37,464 bases of DNA, taken from a virus. Taxonomy: Duplodnaviria > Caudoviricetes. A program made the position numbers and the translations under genes. The stretch spans positions 1 through 37,464 of IMG/VR virus record IMGVR_UViG_3300037851_000662; one strand, given 5' to 3'. Each line of letters begins with the position of its first letter. Position 1 is the first letter of the stretch. The notes below the pieces were generated by a model. The model made no database searches and was not told where the DNA came from. It saw only the letters and a program-made list of their open reading frames with translations. Shown piece after piece: positions 24,881 to 31,213 of this stretch.

Positions 24881-24908
24881 GCCACTGGCCACTAGCCACT
24901 GGCCACTA
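24881..24908. repeat. Heptamer array (GCCACTR)4
   Basis: GCCACTG GCCACTA GCCACTG GCCACTA. Confidence 0.85.
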
Positions 24909-24912
24909 AAGC

Positions 24913-25284
24913 TCATCGTCTCAGCAGCGTATCGATCTTTAAATCCATCTGGATTTGGCGCTGGTTCATCATCTCAATCTGCTTTTCCTGCCCGGCTCCC
25001 TGCTCTCCCAGTTCGCGCATGCCGGAATCCATATCGCGCCGGAGCTGCTCAATCAGGTTATAGAGCCGGGCGCGGCTCTCGCTGCTTTCCTTGTCGCGCC
25101 GGACGTTGTCGCCGTCGTTTTTGTTCCGATAGGCCGCGCAGTCGGAAATCGCCCGGAACTCCATCTCAACCGGCGGCGACCTCCGGAAGCTCTGGAAAAT
25201 CTTTATTCCCAGCAGCAGTGCGCCCAGGCACCACACCACAATTTGAATAAACGCCCCGAGCGCCTGTGAATTTTCAAGATTCAT
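24913..25284 (-). CDS. Membrane-anchored coiled-coil protein (Mu gp25/DUF2730 position)
   Basis: N-terminal TM, coiled-coil C-terminus ending KIDTLLRR, synteny. Confidence 0.6.
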   Translation of the reverse strand: MNLENSQALGAFIQIVVWCLGALLLGIKIFQSFRRSPPVEMEFRAISDCAAYRNKNDGDNVRRDKESSESRARLYNLIEQLRRDMDSGMRELGEQGAGQEKQIEMMNQRQIQMDLKIDTLLRR

Positions 25285-25288
25285 CCGA

Positions 25289-25765
25289 TCAACCCTTCAT
25301 CCGTTTAAATTTTTCAAAACTCCGTCCGGCAACATAAAGGCCCAGCAACGAGAAATAGCCCATCAGCATCGTGCCGTTAAAAAAACGTTCATGGCCGAGC
25401 ATGTGCCAAACCTGATCCCCCGCCAGCATCAGGGTCATGGTGTACGCTGCGGCCGGCCGCACCCGCTTCGTAAACAGATCGTCCTCCTGCGTCTGGGCCT
25501 CGTGGATCCGGGCCAGCGCCATCTGCGCGTCCGCTTCCGCTTTGGCCTCCGCCGCAAAGCGCTTCTGCGTTTCCGCCTGGATCTGAAATTGAAGTTTTTC
25601 AATTTCGAGAGCCGCCCGCTCGTTAGCCAGCTCGGCCAGCACTTGCGTGTTGGACAGGTTGGCTTTCTCCTCGGCGGTAAACCGTTCGTCATCGATCAGC
25701 TTGGTGACCGGCTCGAATGCCCGCGAAAACAGGCCGATGATTGCGGTAATGGCGGCAGAGCTCAT
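25289..25765 (-). CDS. Putative holin (3TM-type)
   Basis: KLIDD...TAEEKA, D.FTKRVRPAAAY, LGLYVAGRSFEKFK; start 25765 coupled by TGATG. Confidence 0.75.
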   Translation of the reverse strand: MSSAAITAIIGLFSRAFEPVTKLIDDERFTAEEKANLSNTQVLAELANERAALEIEKLQFQIQAETQKRFAAEAKAEADAQMALARIHEAQTQEDDLFTKRVRPAAAYTMTLMLAGDQVWHMLGHERFFNGTMLMGYFSLLGLYVAGRSFEKFKRMKG

Positions 25766-25923
25766 CAGGCGGGCTCCTTTCTGCACAGCTCAGGGTGCGA
25801 GCGGAAGTAATCATGGGCCGATCTCATCATCCCCGGAATCAGCCGGCGATTTTGTTTAATCCGTTTGTCCAAGAGTTCTTTCTCGGTCGGCGGACGCCTT
25901 TTTATTCTACGGCGGAAAAACAT
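25765..25923 (-). CDS. Small basic hypothetical protein (52 aa, not in ORF track)
   Basis: AGGAGACACCATG; MFFRRRIKRRPPTEKELLDKRIKQNRRLIPGMMRSAHDYFRSHPELCRKEPA*; stop overlaps the holin start. Confidence 0.65.
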   Translation of the reverse strand: MFFRRRIKRRPPTEKELLDKRIKQNRRLIPGMMRSAHDYFRSHPELCRKEPA

Positions 25924-25967
25924 GGTGTCTCCTCGCCGGGTTCAGCCGCATGGCGGCTTCCCCCGAG

Positions 25968-25988
25968 TTTCAGGTTTCAAGTTTCAGG
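25968..25988. repeat. Heptamer array containing a stop codon
   Basis: TTTCAGG TTTCAAG TTTCAGG. Confidence 0.8.
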
Positions 25989-26358
25989 ATTTAGCCCGGA
26001 ACGCCCGCACCAACTCGATCACCGCAACGGTTTCGGTTGCCAAAGAAACCACCGTCCGGAAGAGCTGCTCAACGCGGGCCTCGGCTTCTTTATCGGCCAA
26101 TTCAAATTTCTCGGCAAAATGCGCCACAATCGCTTCACGCTCTTCGGCGGAAAGGTCTTTGAGTTCGGCGGGGAGCTGTGGTGCGCCTTTAATCAGGCTG
26201 ATCACCGAGGGAATGTGTTTCACCAGCGCGAGCGACTCGCCCAAATCCAGCTTGCGGTCTTCGAGCGCCTTGCCGATATCTGCGCCGATTTCGATCACGG
26301 TTTCCAGCGTCAGAATCGTCGAATCAATGCCAACCTGCTTTGTAACTTCCTCTGTCAT
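25984..26358 (-). CDS. Hypothetical acidic helical protein, first gene of the late lysis/packaging operon
   Basis: GGAGACACCATG start; no recognisable catalytic motif. Confidence 0.75.
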   Translation of the reverse strand: MTEEVTKQVGIDSTILTLETVIEIGADIGKALEDRKLDLGESLALVKHIPSVISLIKGAPQLPAELKDLSAEEREAIVAHFAEKFELADKEAEARVEQLFRTVVSLATETVAVIELVRAFRAKS

Positions 26359-26390
26359 GGTGTCCTCCGGGTTTTGTTTCTCTCAAGAAC

Positions 26391-26411
26391 GGACGGCTCT
26401 CCGAGCCGTCC
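26391..26411. repeat. REP-like hairpin in the late leader
   Basis: GGACGGCTC-TCC-GAGCCGTCC perfect 9-bp stem. Confidence 0.6.
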
Positions 26412-26426
26412 CCTTTTAAGAGCCAC

Positions 26427-26474
26427 CATCTAAACACCAGACGCAAAGCCTCTGCGCCCTGAACCGGTTCAGAA
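26427..26474 (-). promoter_or_regulatory. Late promoter of the lysis/packaging operon
   Basis: TTCTGAACCGGTTCAGGGCG on minus followed by TTAGAT/TAGATG. Confidence 0.7.
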
Positions 26475-26476
26475 AC

Positions 26477-26507
26477 AAAAAGCCCCCGGAGGTTTCCCTC
26501 CGGAGGC
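26477..26507 (-). terminator. Intrinsic terminator ending the early/middle operon
   Basis: GCCTCCGGAGG-GAAA-CCTCCGGGGGC-TTTTT on minus. Confidence 0.85.
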
Positions 26508-26541
26508 CGTCGATTTCATCGCGCCACGAAGCGCAGCGCAG

Positions 26542-26922
26542 TCAGCGGGGACTCCCCCGCGGAAACCGCGTTTTTATTTCAGAGCGGATACGCTCGCAGA
26601 TCGCCGGATCGGTTGCAAGATAAAGCGCCCGGCGCAGAGTGGAGTATGTTTCTTGCTCGATAGTGCCGAACACGCCTGCTGCGACCAAACGCGCCGCGCC
26701 GTCATGAGCTTCTTCCCGCCGCACCGACTCCCGGAACGCCTTGCGCGCTTTAGCCTCAATCATCGTCCGGAACGTCCCTGCGCCGGCATGTTCGAGCAGA
26801 ATTTCACACTCCTCAAGGGAGAGCGGATTCCCGTTGCGCTCGCGACACCGGATCGAGCTGCGGGCGTCATCCACGCTGGTTCTTGCCAGATCCAGCAACT
26901 GTTCCTTTTTCGTCCTCTTCAT
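26542..26922 (-). CDS. Hypothetical protein
   Basis: AAGGAG RBS, ATGA coupling. Confidence 0.65.
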   Translation of the reverse strand: MKRTKKEQLLDLARTSVDDARSSIRCRERNGNPLSLEECEILLEHAGAGTFRTMIEAKARKAFRESVRREEAHDGAARLVAAGVFGTIEQETYSTLRRALYLATDPAICERIRSEIKTRFPRGSPR

Positions 26923-27323
26923 GGAGTCTCCTTTATAACTTCAACCGATTCACAAACCTTGCACAGGTGATTCATCGCGGCCTTTCCGCTGGGCCAGTCC
27001 GGCATATACGTGGTGACCGTTCCCTTAAAAATCGGATTCTTCGCCACCCAGCGCTTGCCGCAAGCTTTCTCCATCTTCCGGATGACCGCCGAAGAATACA
27101 CCGGCCGGACGGACTTCCTTAGGAATCGTTGCTCCGGATGGGAATCCTGCGCGGATATCCATTCCCCGGAAAACCGGCCGTCAACATACGTCATCACGCG
27201 GCAGGAAAGCGTTTTATAGCACTCCACCTGCAGAACAACTCTTCTCCCATCGCACAACAGGGCAACGCGCCCGTACGGATGGCTCAACTTCACAATGCAA
27301 TCTGCTTTCTCTTCTTTCGTCAT
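26919..27323 (-). CDS. Hypothetical protein
   Basis: Likely start MTKEE after GAGGGG; operon context. Confidence 0.65.
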   Translation of the reverse strand: MTKEEKADCIVKLSHPYGRVALLCDGRRVVLQVECYKTLSCRVMTYVDGRFSGEWISAQDSHPEQRFLRKSVRPVYSSAVIRKMEKACGKRWVAKNPIFKGTVTTYMPDWPSGKAAMNHLCKVCESVEVIKETP

Positions 27324-27359
27324 GGTTTTTCCCCTCACGAAGCGCAGTGCAGTAATCGA

Positions 27360-27551
27360 TCATTCGGCTGCCCGGTCGCACAGCTTGCGCCACTCGCGGG
27401 CGCATTCTCTCGGATCGTCAAACTCCCGCCAGATTACCCAGCGATCCGGCCCGCCGATTAAACGGCGCTTAATCGCATACTCCGAAAAGCGGTAAACGTG
27501 GCCAGCCACCTTGCGATCCGTCCAGAAATCGTATTTATCTTTCCAGTTCAT
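27360..27551 (-). CDS. Hypothetical protein
   Basis: ATGA overlap with the upstream gene. Confidence 0.55.
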   Translation of the reverse strand: MNWKDKYDFWTDRKVAGHVYRFSEYAIKRRLIGGPDRWVIWREFDDPRECAREWRKLCDRAAE

Positions 27552-27937
27552 GCGTGCACCTGTTTGTGCCAGACGCGCTGCTCTCTCAGGGCGCGTTTCA
27601 ACATTTTGCGTCCCTGCGAATAAATCCGCGAGTTCGCCTGTTTGAATTCCTCAGCGGTCGCCCGCACAGTCAAAAGATATCCCTCGCATGTGCTGATAAT
27701 CTCGCCGTGGCTGGCCTCGGCAATCTGGCGGCACTGCCGGTCGCTCCACCCAAAGCGCTGCTCGAACGCTTCGGCATGGATCACGCGCTGCTCGCGCAAC
27801 AGCGCCGTCATCTCCGCCACGCGGGTTCCAAGGCTGTTGCCTGACTCCTGAGGCCTGTCTTCCGACACCTGCCGCTTAAACCCCCAGGCAAGCAGATCTC
27901 CGGTTTCATGTTTCAAGTTTCCAGTTTCAGGTTTCAT
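27548..27937 (-). CDS. Hypothetical protein whose N-terminus is encoded by heptamer arrays
   Basis: ATGA overlap with mor; MKPETGNLKHETG from TGAAACY units. Confidence 0.7.
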   Translation of the reverse strand: MKPETGNLKHETGDLLAWGFKRQVSEDRPQESGNSLGTRVAEMTALLREQRVIHAEAFEQRFGWSDRQCRQIAEASHGEIISTCEGYLLTVRATAEEFKQANSRIYSQGRKMLKRALREQRVWHKQVHA

Positions 27938-28401
27938 TTCACCTTCCTCCCCCGTTCGCGCATCAGTTCGTTATATCGGATCTTCGCCCGGCGGGTTGTC
28001 TCCCGCGAAATCATGATGTAGATCGCGCGCCAGGTGACATTAAACAGCGCCGCCAGCTTCTCAACCGGCTCGCCGGCTTTGTGCCGCGTATACACCTCAA
28101 TCTGGCGCTGTACGGCTTTATACTGGTGCGCCCTCGGCATGATGATCGTGTCTCCGCCATACACGCCGGACAGGCGCTGTGCCGCATCCAGGCCGATTGT
28201 CCGGGAAAGCCGATGGTTCTTCGTCAGCTTCTCCGGGATGTACAAGTTCAGCCCGCCCCAGCCATCAACCAGCTTCAGCGCCAGATCGAGACCAATCAGC
28301 CGCTCAATCTCCTGCAACACCGGAGGAAGATCATCGTGCCCGGCCACCGCCGCCTGAGGCTTCCGCACCTCCACCTGATCCATAAATCCGAACTCAGCCA
28401 T
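27934..28401 (-). CDS. mor: Mor/C-family transcription activator
   Basis: LP..L.EI..LIG...ALKLV..WGG..LYIP, YGG.TI.MPR, C-terminal HTH LAALFNVTWRAIY.M. Confidence 0.88.
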   Translation of the reverse strand: MAEFGFMDQVEVRKPQAAVAGHDDLPPVLQEIERLIGLDLALKLVDGWGGLNLYIPEKLTKNHRLSRTIGLDAAQRLSGVYGGDTIIMPRAHQYKAVQRQIEVYTRHKAGEPVEKLAALFNVTWRAIYIMISRETTRRAKIRYNELMRERGRKVK

Positions 28402-28897
28402 GCGCCGCCTCCGTTCTTCGGCCGCCGTGTTTCTGCTGGCGCTTCATCAGCGCGGCGATCAGCCCGCGCAGCTCGTTCGGCGTCAACTGTTCTGTCCGTT
28501 TTTGTCCGTACATCCGGGCCGCCATGCCGTCGGCATACTCCCAGCTCAGACTCATGTCGGTCAGCAAGGCGTAAACCTTGCGCAGCTGGCCTTCGCACGG
28601 ATGCCCCTCCATCCGGCGTACGGGCGACATGCATGTCGCCCTCTTTCCCGCCGGCGCTTTTGGCTTCCCGCCATGCTCCATGCTCTCTGCTCTCTGCCCA
28701 TCCTCAATCGCCCGGTGCAGCCGGTTCATCAGCTTCAGCCCCAGCTCTGCCGGACAGTCGCGCAGACTCTCAATGCCAACAGCCCGTTGTTGCTCCTGCC
28801 GCCAGTCATTCAGCGGCAGAGAGCTGCCGGAAAGGTCATAGGCCTTCCCAATCAACCCGAAAATCTTCCGCCTCATCTCATCATCGATTGCTTTCAT
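28394..28897 (-). CDS. GemA/gp16 (DUF1018) family protein
   Basis: G.ESL..C, QLRKVYALL..M.LSWEYADGMAARMYG...EQLT..EL..LIAAL. Confidence 0.8.
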   Translation of the reverse strand: MKAIDDEMRRKIFGLIGKAYDLSGSSLPLNDWRQEQQRAVGIESLRDCPAELGLKLMNRLHRAIEDGQRAESMEHGGKPKAPAGKRATCMSPVRRMEGHPCEGQLRKVYALLTDMSLSWEYADGMAARMYGQKRTEQLTPNELRGLIAALMKRQQKHGGRRTEAAHG

Positions 28898-28920
28898 GGT
28901 GTCTCCCTCCGGCCCAAGGC

Positions 28921-29439
28921 CTAAAGCCTTTTCTCCCCCTCCAGCTTCGGCTCAACCCAGAAGCTCTCCGACTGATCAACCCGGCAACCGACCGCGGCCA
29001 GCTCCGCATCATTCAACCGGGCCTTCATGGCATCCTTATCGGCTGCCTCTTTCGTCACAATAAACTCGGTCAGAGACATGCTCTTGAGCGCGTTAATGAC
29101 CTCTTCCCAGCTCCACTTCTTATTCAGCAGCGCCAGCGTCGGATTCCCTGACCGGAAACCGAACAGCGCCAGTGAGGTTTCTCCTGATTTTTTACCAGGC
29201 GGGAACAGCTCGGCGCGGTGCGACAGCGCATACTTTTCCGCCTGAGCCACCAACCCCTTGATCTTTTTCTTAACGTCTAAACAGTCGTTGTTATAGGCCT
29301 CCTGAATCGCCTGCAGCTCTGCATCGCGATCCGCCTCCAGTTTCCGCAGATCAACACTCATCGAGGCCACATCATCCAGCGCCTGGTCAAACTCGCCGCG
29401 GGTTTCAAACCCGGAACTCTTCACCCTCTTCGTTGCCAT
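28921..29439 (-). CDS. gam: Host-nuclease inhibitor Gam
   Basis: YA..HRAELF..GKKS......FGFRSGNP...FI.TKE..DK.....GCRVDQSESFWVEPK. Confidence 0.9.
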   Translation of the reverse strand: MATKRVKSSGFETRGEFDQALDDVASMSVDLRKLEADRDAELQAIQEAYNNDCLDVKKKIKGLVAQAEKYALSHRAELFPPGKKSGETSLALFGFRSGNPTLALLNKKWSWEEVINALKSMSLTEFIVTKEAADKDAMKARLNDAELAAVGCRVDQSESFWVEPKLEGEKRL

Positions 29440-29459
29440 ATTCTTCCTCACTTCTGTTT

Positions 29460-29618
29460 CTATTCATCAACCCGTATCCCGCCAACAACCGCCAGCTGCT
29501 CGTCGTGCGTTTCGCCGTATGCAATCCGCTTGCACTGCGCGACAATGCACGCGCAGTGGAACGTCTTCCCCTCCGATCGAACAATCGTTCCGTCCCCGAA
29601 GTGAATGTCCCAGGTCAT
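29460..29618 (-). CDS. Small hypothetical protein (MTWDIHFG...)
   Basis: GGAGAGGTG RBS, ATGA coupling. Confidence 0.5.
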   Translation of the reverse strand: MTWDIHFGDGTIVRSEGKTFHCACIVAQCKRIAYGETHDEQLAVVGGIRVDE

Positions 29619-29797
29619 GACGGCACCACCTCTCCGCCAACCAGCCGCTCGGCCGCCTGCCAAAGCCGCAGCGCGGCCATTTGTGCGGCGGAGTGGCTCT
29701 CCTGCGTCAGATCCGGACTGAACGTGATCTCGGTGTCGATCTGCCACGAGCCGTCATCCTGAATAACATCGGTGATGGTGATGGTCGCCTTAGCCAT
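29615..29797 (-). CDS. Small hypothetical protein (MAKATITIT...)
   Basis: GAGGTG RBS before ATG 29797. Confidence 0.55.
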   Translation of the reverse strand: MAKATITITDVIQDDGSWQIDTEITFSPDLTQESHSAAQMAALRLWQAAERLVGGEVVPS

Positions 29798-30002
29798 CGG
29801 ACACCTCAAATTCCTCCTTGGCCGGGGCTGGCGGAAGCGGCTGCCAGTGCGTCGGTTTGAGTGTTTTGATTCTGCGGTTCTCACAAATCCACAGCGCGCC
29901 CAGCTTCGAGTAGCAGGCCAGCTGGTGGCCGTGCGTTTCATCCCAGACCAGCACGGTGTATGTCCCGCCAGGCTGTTTCTCTTTTGCGTCTCTCCAGGCC
30001 AT
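29790..30002 (-). CDS. DUF551-like small phage protein
   Basis: W......P....VLVW...PTHWQPLPPAP. Confidence 0.75.
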   Translation of the reverse strand: MAWRDAKEKQPGGTYTVLVWDETHGHQLACYSKLGALWICENRRIKTLKPTHWQPLPPAPAKEEFEVSDG

Positions 30003-30011
30003 TTCAATCCC

Positions 30012-30046
30012 TTTCAAATTTCAGGTTTCAAGTTTCAGGTTTCGCC
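30012..30046. repeat. Heptamer array directly after the MuB stop
   Basis: TTTCAAA TTTCAGG TTTCAAG TTTCAGG TTTCGCC. Confidence 0.85.
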
Positions 30047-31009
30047 TCACTCGTTCGTCAGCTTCCGCCAGGCGCGGGCGATCAGGTCGCGGTTCAGTTC
30101 CTTCCCGGATCCAGCGGCGGCCATGCACGCCAGCTGCAGCGTCTTCACAACGCCGCGCAGGCCGCCAGGCAGCACGCCGATCTTGCGCAGGTACTCCAGC
30201 GCCTGCGGGTCGGTAACACCCATTGCGGCCGCAACCGGATCAACATCGTCCGCCAGCGTCAGATCAATATGTGTGCGCTGGGCGATCCGGCTGAAAATCT
30301 GCGCAAACTTCGGCCCGCGAAAGCCGCCCGTCATCTGCGTGTAAAGGGGTTCGTTTCCGCTCCAGACCATCCCGACGCCGGCCTGCTCCTGGATCTGCCT
30401 CAGCAGATCGAGCGCGCCGAGCGTCAGCTGCTGCGCTTCGTCGATAATGACGACGCCGCCACTGGCCGACAGCTTCTTCATGATCGCCTTCTGGATGGCG
30501 TAGTTTCCTGCGCCCGGATCACGGATGCCCATCTTGTCGCACAGCAGCAGCATCATGCCGCGCGCGCTGGCTGTCGCTTTGGTCGGGGTGAACATCCAGA
30601 CATTGGAACGCTGCGTCTGGTAGTGCAGGCAGGTCTTGGTCTTTCCGGCACCGGCCGCACCGTAAACGACAACCAGGCTCTTCAGCCGGTGCGCCATCTC
30701 GATCGCGTTCCAGACCCGCACGGCGGTCGGCGTTTCAACCCACTCCGGATCCGGCGGGAGCTCTGCGGCGTATTCCTCTCCGGCGTTGTAGGTGTCGAGC
30801 CAGCGCTCGATCTTGTGCTCAAGTTCCGTATTGCTTCCGGGGTACTTTCCCTTCAGCCACTGGCTCAGCGCCGTCGCGCTGATCCCGATCTTCGCGGCCA
30901 TTTCATTCTGACTCAGATCAATCGCGCTGTTGTTCAGCATCGCATCAATCTGCTCTCTCAGGTGCGCGCGTCCGTCTGCTTTCGTTCCCATGGTGATGGT
31001 GTCTCCCAT
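30047..31009 (-). CDS. MuB-like AAA+ transposition ATPase
   Basis: N-terminal HTH (ALSQWLKGKYPG), VETPT, Walker A YGAAGAGKT, IIDEAQQL, AQIFSRI, GGLR. Confidence 0.95.
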   Translation of the reverse strand: MGDTITMGTKADGRAHLREQIDAMLNNSAIDLSQNEMAAKIGISATALSQWLKGKYPGSNTELEHKIERWLDTYNAGEEYAAELPPDPEWVETPTAVRVWNAIEMAHRLKSLVVVYGAAGAGKTKTCLHYQTQRSNVWMFTPTKATASARGMMLLLCDKMGIRDPGAGNYAIQKAIMKKLSASGGVVIIDEAQQLTLGALDLLRQIQEQAGVGMVWSGNEPLYTQMTGGFRGPKFAQIFSRIAQRTHIDLTLADDVDPVAAAMGVTDPQALEYLRKIGVLPGGLRGVVKTLQLACMAAAGSGKELNRDLIARAWRKLTNE

Positions 31010-31049
31010 TGGTTAGGTTTTGGTGTCTGTTCCGGGCGTCTGCCCGGCG

Positions 31050-31205
31050 CTAAAAAAAGAATTGCCCGGCCCCAAAGCACAGGATCAGGAAGGCCAGCGC
31101 CAGCGCCACTGATGCCGCCGCGATCGCACGGAACCGCCACAGCGCAAGCTCCGCGTGCAGGTCGCTATTCAGCGTGCTCATGTCGTTGATCGTTTTTTCG
31201 CTCAT
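31050..31205 (-). CDS. Small single-TM protein between MuA and MuB (51 aa, not in ORF track)
   Basis: AGGAGG RBS; MSEKTINDMSTLNSDLHAELALWRFRAIAAASVALALAFLILCFGAGQFFF*. Confidence 0.6.
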   Translation of the reverse strand: MSEKTINDMSTLNSDLHAELALWRFRAIAAASVALALAFLILCFGAGQFFF

Positions 31206-31213
31206 GGTGCCTC

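Noticed and set aside
4907-31189. Long + strand ORFs (e.g. 4907..6079, 10061..11422, 21269..22624, 29960..31189)
   Set aside because: Antisense shadows of well-supported GC-rich minus-strand phage genes; no motifs or RBS
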